A stretch of 34,629 nucleotides of DNA from Catajapyx aquilonaris (Eukaryota): the NCBI GenBank assembly GCA_000934665.2, contig JYFJ02004114.1, positions 1 through 34,629 on the forward strand, read 5' to 3'. Positions 13,001 to 25,200 of the stretch are shown here, in pieces. Under the pieces are notes generated by a model. That model did not search any database, was not told the DNA's origin, and worked only from the letters and a program-made list of their open reading frames with translations. Made by a program: the position numbers and the translations under genes. Positions within the stretch are counted from its first letter, which is position 1. Every line of letters starts with the position of its first letter.

Positions 13001-16000
13001 ACAATACTTCTGCGGTATTTCATATTGCAAATTGCTGCACAGCTTATAATGAGTAGGTACAAAAATTTGAACACTATTAATCGCGAAAAACAGGCCAGCA
13101 CAATGAATACTCCATGCTTGATAAAGAAGGCTGCAAAAAAAAATGCAGAATAAAGTGCGAATATAGCATTATGTGCCCAGAAGCGTAGCTTCTTCCGAAT
13201 TTATGGTTGCGCTAGACTTTGCATTATGAACTAATCTCTCGTGTATTATAAAACCCAGCTAAAGTGTCTAGTGCTACGTGAAGCCCTTGCACTGTATAAA
13301 GTATTGCGCACATTCTTTAACGTAACTGCCTCTAAGCTGCAAATTGGTTGAAGGAACCTACGAGGCCATATTATGCAGTAGATCCAGTTGCCAACACATA
13401 ACAAAATAGTGGACCCATCCTCTCATGAACTACTGGGTGATAAGAATTTGCCTGACCAAATTTTGGGTGTAATGACCCCCTATATCTCAGCAACTTTTCG
13501 ACGTGACTCTAAACACACCTAACTTCAAAGAACAAGCACGCTCTTTTTCGATAACTCGTATCGACTTTTTTCTTCTTCCCAACACCCTTCCATCTCTCCT
13601 AAAGCTAGCTTAGATCCGCAGAATCTTTGCCAGTGTCCCAAAGATGGATTTGTGTGAGGCTTGGTTCAGCTGGCTTTTGCCAATGGAGATTTGGTATCAA
13701 TTGAGTGACAGCAACCGGGCATTTCCCAGCTGGGTCAGACCACCCGGAAATCCTATTATTATACAACCAGGTAGGACTGTGCATGTCCGAAGTCTTCTCT
13801 GAAGGTGCCCAGGAAAATTTCCGCCATGGCGAAAATTCCTCTGAGGATGACTAGAGAGTGGAGGATGGCCGGGGGAAGTCATAATCTCCTTAGAGGACGA
13901 AATTATTTCCGGTGCTAATCTCCGCAGCCGCTACAAACAGCTCCGGTCGGATCAATACAACAAACATGGCGTCGCGTCCTAAATGCGGTTCATACTCTTG
14001 GAGTAAACTCATTTAGACACGCACACTCACTCTCTTTTTTTATGCACATATTCGCCTGCTTTCACATGCTCAAGATAGAGTCGCGCGTAGCTGATCCAAG
14101 CGGTAAATAGACCCACCCAAAAATAGATCACCGAAATGAACTCAAGTTTAACATGTTGATGACGGCACACGTGGGATTAGGTACGGGTAGTAACGGGTCA
14201 GTGCCAACACGACCTGGTGACACCAACTTTGCAGTAGTCCGACGATGTGTACGGCATCTCAGAACGTCGAAAAAAAAAATCACAATATATTTTGCCCGCC
14301 TTTCATGTAAGTGAAGATCCGATGGTGAGATGTACCGAGACCCTGTTTCTCATAATTAATTCGAGTCGTTTTACACTCATCGGAAAACGGCGCAGAGAAA
14401 GCCATGAATTGGGCCATTTTCAGCCTCCACAAGAACGCCATTATACGAGCCTAATAACTCCCTGAGGACTACTACAAGCCAACGTGACAACTCGAAATGA
14501 ATTCGGCTAACTGTAAGTGTCGCAGGGAAAATCCCCACGAGAGCTGAGTTTCACTGCAAAATCCGGCAAGAGTTTAACGTGTGCAAATAATCCAGGTGAG
14601 ACGTTTTCTGCCAGATTTTCTGCTGCACAATTCATCCCCCTGGTTTTGCGCCCAGCTTTTGCTTCTGCACATTTTACTTCCTATATAAAGCCTCCTGTTT
14701 TGGTAATCCAGGTTCCGAATCCGAGTTGCACTATCTACCGGACACAGCAAGTTGGAATCTGACAATGACACACCTCGAGGTAAAATAATTGGATTAGCAT
14801 CGCACTGTAATAAAAATTCATTGCAACTGAATGCCACATAATATATGGACAGCATGAGAACTTTCTGCACAAAGCTTCTTAATTCGACCATGGTCTATCA
14901 ATTTATCTGACTTCGATCAAATTTGTTTGAGCAATTTTTTCAATATCAATTTGAGTGGTTTCAGATTTCACTTTTGAGTGACAATTTTCTTCAACGGTTG
15001 CAATGCAATCAATTTGTCAGTCAGTTTGAGTAAAATATTAAGAAAACCGATGGAAAAACACTTGGGAGCACATGCTACGTTTGTGAGGCAGTCAAATTTT
15101 TTTTACGAATCAGCTCAAAACTATTACATGTGGAGCAAGGAGTGAAAAACCATTCCAATATAATTTAGATGTTAGACAGTAGTTTTCTCCGTGCATGGTG
15201 CATTTCACTCACGCATATAATTTATTTGGCACGACTTTTAAACATTTCCCCCTCATTTTTTGAGAAGTAATTACACTCAAAATGTGCAAACGTGGTGTCA
15301 ATCCAGAGCTACCTTCGATTTCCCTCTCCCATTCGCCTGTCACTTTCTCCCCCCCAAAAAACACAAATTAGCAAAAGCTGAAAGTGTTGCGCCTGCATCT
15401 ATAATACCCACGTTTAACGTTTGGCCTACATTTCAAACTTTGTTAAAGAGCTGCTGCTGCTGCTACTGGCTACAAGTTCTAGGCCATTAATATCAAATGG
15501 AGCATGCCGGACGTGCTGCCATTTTTAAAGGTCGATTTAATTGCTTAAACCTTTACGAGTTCAACCATCGTGCATCTATAAAGGCTGGATAATTACTTGG
15601 GTATCATCTGCTTCGTTACCGCCTGACATCAATGAACTGGGTCAAGCCGCAACGGGCACGTCTCGGATCGATAAAATGCAGTGTAGTTAACTTCTTTACC
15701 TCCCCATGCCTTGCCCCCAATTTCAAAAGGTGGGGGTGTGTTCCCCTGCAGTTGTTCCCCAAAAAGCAATCCGCAAAAACCGGCCGCCTCTTTAATAAAT
15801 AAACCTTTCCATCTTGCAAGCCTCTCACACAACAACGGGGCCAAACATATCGATAAAATGTTTGGGCCCAATGCTCTCGAGAGACGTCTGTTTGCACCAT
15901 CCACAAACAAGTCCGCCGAGGAACGCGGTTTTTGTCCATAATTATACCTGGGCTCTACCACCCTCTCTGATGGTGGGGGAAAAAAAAAATCCAATGCACA

Positions 16001-16625
16001 GTCCACCAGGTTTTTATAATACGCATCCAGGCCACACTCGCACACAAAGCAGATGACACCAGCTCCCTTTATGTAAAACCATTGGCGCGTGGTTGCGAGA
16101 TGCTGAGGACTCTCCTTCTGGGATTGAGAGAGAGCGTCCAATAGAAGCTCAGGGACAATCGCATACCCCCCTTCAAATTGCTCCTCATTGAGAAGTACAC
16201 GCCGAGGAAGCTTTTGGAAGCCCTCCTTGGCAGACAAACCCGATAAGGAAAGGGCCGGATTCAGATGCTGCGGACTCACAATGCGGAGCTGTGAAGCCAA
16301 AACCCATTGTTGGCAAAAGGCGACCGTTTTGGTTGGGAACTCCTTTCTATGCATATGCGCAACTTCATTTAGAGAACGGGGCCAGTTTTATTGCGTGGCC
16401 ACTGCCAGGTGATGCTTATACGTTTGCATAATTGGGATGATAAGTACACAGTGAGCGTGGGGGCCCATCATCCACTCTTGTACAGGGGGTGCTTGTATGC
16501 CACCAGGCTTATGCTTAATACGCCTTCCGGGCATACATTAGCAGCCGCACTTCCGCACGCACGACAAAGGGTATAGTGGACAACAGTATTTTTGAAGTAC
16601 AGTACATTGCATCATAAACCATGAA

Positions 16626-16710
16626 ACCGATTCGATATATAGCTCCTAACAGATCGTTAGGTAGACCTTGTAACATGTGCTAACGGTCCGTTAGGAGCTA
16701 TCGAATCGGT
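16626..16710. repeat. 85-bp inverted repeat / hairpin, MITE-like
   Basis: Left arm ACCGATTCGAT(ATAT)AGCTCCTAACAGATCGTTAG versus right-arm reverse complement ACCGATTCGATAGCTCCTAACGGACCGTTAG; 19-nt spacer. Confidence 0.9.
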
Positions 16711-19700
16711 AATTTCGTTGGTGCAATCAGTCTTTCCAATTTTCCCTTCACACTCTGCAATACTATTTTGCAAGTTCTTATAAAAAGTCGGGCTGGTTCT
16801 TCAGAGTGTGCATTCACCTCTGTGTTGCTCGCAAAGTTTCATTTTATGTTTAGTGTTTGCCTGAATTGCAACACACAAAAAAAATGCGGCAACCCTCCAC
16901 AAAAAAAGAGGCTTATCTGCCTCGTGTTATAAAAAGTATTATTGTGTACAAAGCTAATCCGGATCAGCTTAATTGCACAAATCTGAGTCATTTTTATTGC
17001 AGCAGGTCTCTTTTGGTAAAATGATGCTGCGGGTATACATCCTGGAATAATTCACTGGCTCCTTCTCGTATTTAGGCTCACCTTTTAAATAAATTATTAC
17101 CTCCAGTGCCGAGATACGACAAAAGGCATTAAACTGCATCGACTGGCTCTCATATTACTTTCAAATGTTTCGTTTCCGTTTATTAATTCAGAGTCCTCTT
17201 CCGGTGGGGGATCTGAAACCAATAATCGCAGTCCAATAAAACGTTGTTGCAGAAGCAAAATTTATGGGTTTTTCCAGCGTTTAGTGTGTAAATGGCGGGA
17301 GACGGATAAATCTCCATAGAAGCTGCCGAATTGCTCAAACGCAGCCTGAGTTATTGCGCCGTAAATCTCGCAAAATTTCACAAACTTGTCCACTCGCAGC
17401 ATGACAGGACATATAGGGAAGCAAAGTCATAAACGACCTGCGCAATGAATATGCTAACGAGATTTCCGTTGCAGGCAATGGCTTTTTAATCCAGTTAAAC
17501 AAATGCACCAGACATTTAGCAAAATCCTGGTCCTCAAAAAATTTACTCTCCTATTGTAAGTACTTTTCGCGACTTTTCGTTGCTTTCGTGCTTCCAATAC
17601 ACTCTACCTGCAATTTTTAGCTGCAAACAAAAAACAAACGAGGAAAAGTAGTTCCCTAATCTAACAGTCAACTCAAGGCTCGTGAAACATTTTCAGCGAG
17701 TCTGATAAGGATTTGTGGGGAAGCTTCTACTCGCCTTGATGAACAAACAAGAAACGAGTAGCAAAAAAGCACAGGGTCCTATACGAAAGAGAAAAAATAT
17801 ATATACACACGTGAAAACACGGCCGACCACATCACTTAAGAAGGAACGATGAAAGTAACCTTGGAGAATGAAAAGGGACGCTGCAAACGTAACTAGATCT
17901 CACCCAATTCATCGAATTAACGCGACACGAGGCCTCAGCTCGACACATTTGTAATAATTACTGTCTTTTATGCACGTGCTGCTCTACGTGAAAACGTGCG
18001 CTGCATTTTTTATTTGAAGTGCTCTGCTTACAATTACCGTGCTGCCTCTTTTTCTCTCTCACACAAATCCTAACAAAGTTTCTTCTCGACTCAGCATCCA
18101 AATATACTGCTTTCATTTCAATCAAAGGATCGTACAGTTCCTTTGTTTTATTTCTTGTGAAAGGTTCTCTCTGTAACATGCTACAGAATGAAAGTGCATT
18201 ACTGTAAGTACTCCAAGTGTTGAACAAAAATCCGACTACATGTAAGTATAAACACACAAAGTGTCAGATCTCTTAATGATATCTGAGTTTATGTGCTTTA
18301 AAGCGCACGCAACTTTAGCGCCGATTATAATTTGCAGTGTAAATAAACGCGGCGTCAGGAAACTCATAAAAAACTGGCGGCCACTATTGATCTAAATAAA
18401 CAGTGAAACGTGGGTGCAAAACTGTAAGGCCCAGTGGTCGCAAAAAAAATTGCATTTTCTGGGTCACGCACATAAACCATACAACAGCTCGAATCATTCA
18501 AGTCAATGGCTTTACACTCGCAAAAATTTTTTAGACGCAGTGCGTAAACATCACGCACATGCAATGAAAACAAGGTTCCACAAGAAACCTTGTGAAAACA
18601 CTCAGCCTTCACCTTATCACACGAGACGTCAGTTGTGTTGAAATAATAACATGAAAATTGTGCTAGTCGAATACAACAAAAAAAAAGCTTCAAAAATATT
18701 TCAGGGCCTGCAGGGAAGACTAAGAGCTTCTGCAGCAGGATATGAGTTCAACGGCGGATTTCCTATGCGTACAAATTGGCTTGGATGTATGGACCGAGAG
18801 AGAGGAAAAAAAAATTCAACATCCCAACCTACTTTGCCACAACCGACTTCCTATTGAATTCGATTGAAACGCATTACTGATCATTTCGGGGACTCCGCAA
18901 GTTCCGGTCCATGACTTCCGGCACGGATAACAAGATGTGTCATTTTTTCTGGCCTTTTCCTCCAGCACTTTTCAAAAAAAAAATTCATTCAAAAACTGTG
19001 GGCGACATATTTAGCCAGAGCATTTGGCACCTGAACATGAGGAAATGTTGGATTCGTGCCAAGTATCTAGCGAATTAATGGAGTTTACGTGACCTTTGAG
19101 AGAAAGGTTTATGCACCTCCAGCAATATCAGTCCTTGACTTTCCAACTGGCTGCTTTTGATGTGCGGGTATAATATTAGCCTGCATTCCAAAGATAAAGG
19201 TTCCTGTTTTGTACTCGCGTCCGTTTGAGGAAGAATAATCTCGTCTAGACTTTGCCTTGAAAGCCGGATAATCATCTGGCAGCCTATGGTCCTTTTCCAG
19301 TCCCACAAAATTTACTGACAAAAACTCGAGTGGAAAAGATCAGGATTGTGTTAAGTTGTCATGCATTACACCGGAACTGATTGTGGCACGCCCAACTATT
19401 TTGTACTGAACTGTACCTTGCATAGCAACAGAATAAACTGTTAAAATTCACTTACACAATGAATATGCAACGCAATTAGTGGAAAGGATTATCCCAATAA
19501 TAATAACATAATTATACGGTGTAACCCAAAACCATCTTTTATCACTTCCACTTTAAACAAGCAGACGCCAGGTTGCTGTAATACATGAAGCTAGATTCTG
19601 CATAATTATGCAAGCGCAGCATCATCAGATTACAAAATGAGTGGCCTCTATTGTAACAGCTCAGTTCACTTTCCTGTGCAAGTAAACAATTATGAGCAAG

Positions 19701-20426
19701 GACATAAAAAAATGTATGTCCTCCTTGCCTCAAGGTTAATGTAACATCTAGTCAGTAACGCCCTGTCACATCCCTTTCCATCACTGTAGGCAGTGGACCT
19801 AAGGAAGTTAAGGGCACTTGCAATGAATGAAGTGATAAATCAGCAGCCGCTTCAATGTGAGTTTGAGCCGTGGAATCAAAACCCATTTTGGATGCAATAT
19901 TCAGGGAGCGTTACGCTTTAAGCGGTGTGGCATCAAACCCAGGAAATGTTCAGTCATTAACCTAGCGTTATGATTCATTCAAGTTGACACTCAAGGGAGC
20001 TTTATTAGGCCAACATTTACTTCAATAGTGGGCAAGAGGATTCTCCTTGTTTTCAGTCGAGACACCCCCTTTTCATTAGTTACTCCACCACTTCATTACA
20101 CTATAAACTCTGCAGCATGGACCATGTTTACACCAATTTCAGCAGCTCCCTTCCAATATTCGTGTGCTACGTGGGCGCAAGCCGCACTACATCAGTTACG
20201 CACATGCTGCGCTCATAAAATCCTGCATAAACATATCATAAATCCTTAAGTGCTGGTGAAAATAAGCGCATTTTCTAAAGGCGTCCTTGCCGTATTAAAT
20301 AACCGGTCGGTGAATCAGACTTCCTTCCTGCCAAGCCAAGTACAGATTAATACGCATCACATACATTCAACTGACATCAGTGACATACAAACTATACCTG
20401 TTAACACCTATGCCAGATATGACAAA

Positions 20427-20616
20427 CTAGCAACCATTGGTGTGGCAAGTATCAGTAGCCTGAAAGTGGGTTAGGTAGCTCGGACATACAGACAAACTTT
20501 CTGCTTGATATAATAGAGATTTACATGCAATTGTACGACCAGCAGTTCCCAGTAGTCTGGAAGTGGGTTCGGTAGCTCGGACATACAGGCAAACTTCCTG
20601 CTTTATATAATAGAGA
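20427..20616 (-). mobile_element. Short non-autonomous Helitron-like remnant with a duplicated 5' end
   Basis: The minus strand starts A|TCTCTATTATATAAAGCAG (at 20616, repeated at 20519) and ends ...GCCACACCAATGGTTGCTAG|T at 20427. This fits the Helitron 5'-TC / CTAG-3' termini in an A|T site, but the subterminal hairpin is weak. Confidence 0.55.
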
Positions 20617-20644
20617 TTTACGTGCAATTGTACGGCCAGTAGTT
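20454..20644. repeat. Tandem duplication, 97-bp period, 2 copies
   Basis: 20454-20547 and 20551-20644 align with only scattered substitutions (AGTAG.CTG.AAGTGGGTT.GGTAGCTCGGACATACAG...ATATAATAGAGATTTAC.TGCAATTGTACG.CCAG.AGTT). Confidence 0.95.
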
Positions 20645-21080
20645 AGCCTGACATAATGCATGCTGGGATAGAATATAGTACGACCCACGTTGTTACTCCC
20701 AGTCTTAAAAATAATTGAACGTGGGTGTGACACTTAGCAACCTTGTCCGCTTCTGCCTCCATTAATAATGCCACTACATATTACTTTCAAGCCCCCGAGA
20801 GAAACGCCAAAAAACAAAAATGTAAACTCTCCGTATTCCATGAAATTTAACAGCGCAAACATTTCTCCAAAACAAGCTGCTGCCTTGTCCTTTTTTCATA
20901 TTTGCCCCTTTTGTTGGAGATCTTAATATTACATACTTCCATACAGTTCACGCTCACATACTGTACGTCGCATCTGAATTTCCAACGCTAATGCATAACT
21001 TCATCGCCCACTGAACAAAAACTGTACGGAGTTGCATCCCTCAGCGTACACAGGGAGGTTAAATAAAAATATATTGATTA

Positions 21081-21304
21081 CATCGCACGCATTTTGTCAA
21101 CTACATTACATGATAATGGCAGCAGGGTGCCAACAGTATATTGGCATCTGTCAGTGGCGCCAATATCTCAAGTAGCATTCCCTCCCACTATACTCGTCGC
21201 ACACATTTTGTCAAGTACGTTACACGACGAGCATGGAAGCAGGGTGCCAACAGTACCTTGCGTCTATTTGCAGCAGCTGCCAGTGGTGCCAATATTTCAA
21301 GCAG
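21081..21304. repeat. Diverged direct repeat, 2 copies about 114 bp apart
   Basis: 21081-21175 and 21195-21304 share CATTTTGTCAA, AGCAGGGTGCCAACAGTA and CAGTGG.GCCAATAT.TCAAG.AG. Confidence 0.85.
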
Positions 21305-21541
21305 GTTCTCGCCCACTATACCCAAGGGTGTCTCCTAAAAGTACAGGGTGTTTCATAATTGTCAACCACCTTCGCCCCCCACACATTCAGGGGTCTCCAC
21401 CCCTTCCCCCTCCAAGTCAATAAAGGGCCACCCACCTCCCCCCCGCTCCCTTCTCCTCCCCCCTTCCCCATCTTTTTTTTTTTTTTGTTCCATTTTAATT
21501 CCATTCTCGGGTGACTCACATGCTTTTTTTTAATGGCTTAC

Positions 21542-21635
21542 CTTCAGACAGCTCGAGGTCCAGTTCGGCCAGCTTGTCTCTAACATCCTCTGGTAGCTTT
21601 GAGGTGTCCAAAGACGCTAGATCCGTCGACGCCAT
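21542..21635 (-). CDS. DIP2: First coding exon of a disco-interacting protein 2 homolog (start of the DMAP1-binding domain); the rest of the gene lies left of the window
   Basis: The minus strand reads ggccATGGCG... = MASTDLASLDTSKLPEDVRDKLAELDLELSE+G, followed by a G|GTAAG donor (94 nt, phase 1). LP..VR.KLAELDLELSEG is the conserved DIP2 N-terminus, normally continued by DITQKGYEKKR. I did not find that continuation in the window. Confidence 0.93.
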
Positions 21636-22220
21636 GGCCGCCCTAGACGACAACGACGCCGGGTCGACGCCGACGCCGAAAAAATAATTAAAAAAAAAAA
21701 AGTTTCCAACTACCCGGACTATTAGGGTGGGATAATTTTTTTCCTAATGCTCCTTTGAAGTGTTTGGAGACTTGTGAGGTGCTCTGGAATATGGGGGTTA
21801 AAAAAAGAGGAGTCACTTGTCGGGCCGCAGACGGACTCCTGCCCGGTCGGCCATCTTGGAACAGACTGATTGAAAAATTATTCGGGATGGAAAACACAGA
21901 GGGCAGCATCGTCGTAATGCGCGCGATCGATCACAGGTGGCAGCACCACTCTGCTCATTACTCTCATAATTTAAAAAATCCCACCAATTTAATAATATTT
22001 AACAACCACATAATTAAACACAAAATATTAAACACAATCGAACATACTTAAAAAAAAAGATCGGACCTACTATCATCATCAATTTGGCGCCAAACGATAC
22101 AATCAAAGTAATTGGATCGGTACTATCGTCAGAAAGCAACGGACTTTTTTTTTTTTCAGAGTTCGGCTGGTTTTTCTCTCTCTCTAATTAATTTGATGTC
22201 TAATTAGCCGACTAATTAAG
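21636..22220. promoter_or_regulatory. Divergent DIP2/RECQL4 promoter region with a palindromic E2F-type site and a YY1-type site
   Basis: 585 bp lie between the two ATGs. TTTGGCGCCAAA at 22083-22094; GGCCATCTTG at 21849-21858. Confidence 0.65.
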
Positions 22221-25200
22221 ATGGCCTGCAGCAGGTTGCATCAGTTGCAGATATACAAGACGCAGATCAAGTTGTGGGAGGTGGAGTTCGAGACCAGCAA
22301 AGGACAAAAGCCTGAGAAGGTAATGGAGGGTGGTTTAATAATAATTAATTCGGATTATGAAGAGTATGACTAATTACAATTGAGTAATCAAGTGCACAAA
22401 GGTAGTGAAATAGAGTGCTTATGTTGTACTTGTGGTCAACGACTGCTGCACTTTAAAATAATCATTAAGGAAATTATTACAAAGTATGCAGGTTATTTAA
22501 TTAAAATATGGACTAATGAACACATTAATTAAGTTAAAATATGCACAAATTAACATATTAGTAATTAAATTAAAATATGACACATTACATGTAAGCAAGC
22601 GCGCAAATGTAATGAAATTTCATGTTGTACTTGGGGTCAACGACCTGTGCCGGAACTGTTACTTACCCAGTGTTTATTACAGGATGACATCAAGTGTGCT
22701 CCGGATGATATTCGCAGAGCGTACAAGCAATACTGGAAGCTCAAGACCCAACGAAGCCAATCGCTGGAGCCGTCGCTTCACTCGGATGACAGCATTGCGA
22801 GCGTGGACTTGGATTCGAGTCAAGACGACCAAACTTGGGGGACGCACTTGAATCGGCCAAAGACGGAACAGCCGAGGACGCAGGATGAGCCGAAGGGATC
22901 CAAAAAGGAAGCGATCACGACTCCTGTTACAAGCAAGATGTTCACTGGAGCCAAGTTCAGCCGGAAGTCGCTTCCACGGTCGATGTCTTTTACCAGGCAA
23001 AAATCAGCGAGTCCGGAGTCAGCAGCGGCTGTGCAGAATGATGCCGACACACTTTTGACAACTAATTCAACGCCTACGAGTGAGCCATCAAATGATTCAC
23101 CGATGGGCTTGATCGATTTTAATGATTCGCAATCGAATTCGACGGATGTTAGTGATTTTAACGGTTCAGTCGGAAATGCGAACACTCGTTCACGTTGTTT
23201 TAACGATCTGACATCAAACCTGGCTGGTGACGATAACGTTTCAGGTGACATTGTTGATTTGAAGTGCTTGAAGTCTAAAATTGCGTTCACTGCCAACAAG
23301 GTGACGTGGCATCAGCCGGTTAGCGCGATTTCTCAGCGCACTCAATCTGGTCTGACGTCGAGGGTGTTGGACCACGGTTGGCTTGAAAGACGCACGTCTC
23401 AGAACAGTCTTGGTAGCGACGGAAACAGTGAAAACACCGGCGATTCTGATTGTGCAAGCCCAGGAGTTGTTGACCCAGGTAGCCCAGAAGAAGATGACGA
23501 TATAGAGAACCAGCCGCTTATTACGAGACTTCGAAAACGTAAAGCTGAGCAGGAAGTGTATGATGTCGCAAAAAAGATCAGGCTTGAAGATGTGGACCAT
23601 GCGATTACTGCACCAACACCAAAGTCATTGACTCCAGCACCAAAGTCATTGCCTCCAGTACCGCCTCCAGCACCGCCTCCAGGTGCCGTACAAAAGAAGT
23701 CAAAGGCGCAGATACTGGAAGAGTACGTACCACATGATTTCTTAACAAGTATTAGTTTCATTAATAATTATTACTTTTAGGAAAGTATCGAGCGGTCGTG
23801 CCAACGACAACTTTGTCCGGATCAACCTGAAGAAGAAAGTGTATGTCAGAGGGAAGCGGAAGTTCTCGGCCGTTCACTACAAGCGGGCCAAATGGAAGCA
23901 GAGGATGAGTGCGGCTGCACACGACAGCGAAGAGTCTCCTGCGCTGAAGATCCGCACTTGCTACAAGTGTGGCGATATCGGTCACTTTGCTAAGCAATGC
24001 AGTAAAGGTGAGTTAAGCATGGTTGACGTTAGTATCAGGATTGACTGTTTCTCGTCAGGTTTGGGAAACGAAGTGGACGAACCAGAAGAAGACACAAGCC
24101 CTTTTCCGACTCTGGAGGAAGCCGCAGCCATCACGTGGAACTGTAAGAAGAAGCCGGACGTTGCGGAGGACGTCCCTGCGATCGGAACTGCTCCGGAGAA
24201 GCCATCGGCACGTCCAACAGTTCCGCCTTTGTACGAACTAGAAGATGGACAAATCATCGGTAATTGACATTAGTATCTCGTGAGTTATATACGACTAACA
24301 TGACCGTTATCTCCGCAGCGACTCCGACAGAAGTACATTCTGCTCTTCATGAGTTCGGACACAGTTTGTTCCAACCTGGACAGGAAGAGGCCTGTATGCG
24401 GATCCTCTCTGGTCGATCGACCTTGCTGGTTCTTCCGACTGGTTCCGGGAAGTCCTTGTGCTACCAACTACCTGCGTACCTGTACTACAAGCTGCACGGC
24501 AACTGCATCACTCTCGTTGTGTCGCCCTTGGTGTCGTTGATGGAGGATCAAGTTACGGGATTGCCCAAGTGTCTCAAGGCTGCTTGTTTGCACAGCGGAC
24601 AGACTAAAGTGCAGAGAGACAAAGTGGAGATGCAGTTGGCGGCTGGAAAGTTGCATGTGCTGTTAGTGTCGCCGGAAGCTGTGATGTCACGTGGGAAAGG
24701 CCTCGACAAATTGCCGCCCATTGCGTTTGCTTGCGTGGACGAAGCACATTGCATTTCAGTGTGGTCGCATAACTTCAGGCCTTCGTACCTGCAGCTGTGT
24801 CGTGCACTGAAAGATCGTATGGGTGTCAGCACGATTCTAGCGATGACAGCGACTGCGACTAGGACAACAGTCAAGGGCGTTGTTGAACAATTGCAGATCA
24901 GTAGTCATGATGCGATAGTGCGTGGAAGTGTCCTACCAAAGAATTTGATATTGTCGACATCGGTTGATGAAAGACGAGAGGATGCACTTGTGGAGTTGTT
25001 GCGCACTGAGCCGTACAGTACGTATGAATCTATAGTCGTGTATTGCACAAGACGGGAGCAGTGTGAGAGGCTGGCGACGTTGATCAGAACTTGTCTTGTG
25101 AAGGCTCCGAGCAAGGGCGGCGTGGCTGAGGCGTACCATGCGGGACTCAGTGCTCCAAAAAGGCGTGCAATACAAAACAGGTACAGTATTAATGAGACCT

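Larger units (their letters stand above)
1..21541 (-). other. DIP2 intron 1 (at least 21.5 kb, continues past the left edge)
   Basis: Begins at the GT donor at 21541. No exon encoding GDITQKGYEKK and no recognisable protein was seen in 1-21540. Confidence 0.8.

Noticed and set aside
13960..13980. YY1-like AACATGGCG suggesting an internal promoter
   Set aside because: A single motif with no supporting exon or ORF.
15449..15466. Short (CTG)n run, and (GA)n near 3488-3503
   Set aside because: Ordinary short microsatellites.
15629..16354. 241-aa minus-strand ORF, the longest in the DIP2 intron
   Set aside because: No recognisable motif, no DIP2 similarity, and it runs through homopolymer tracts; most likely a chance ORF.
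23611..23682. 21-bp and 12-bp coding repeats in RECQL4 (PKSLTPAPKSLPPVPPPAPPP)
   Set aside because: Ordinary low-complexity slippage in a disordered linker.
23959..24000. CCHC zinc knuckle suggesting a retroelement gag
   Set aside because: It lies in a spliced, in-frame RECQL4 exon and is a known RecQ4 feature; no pol or LTR nearby.
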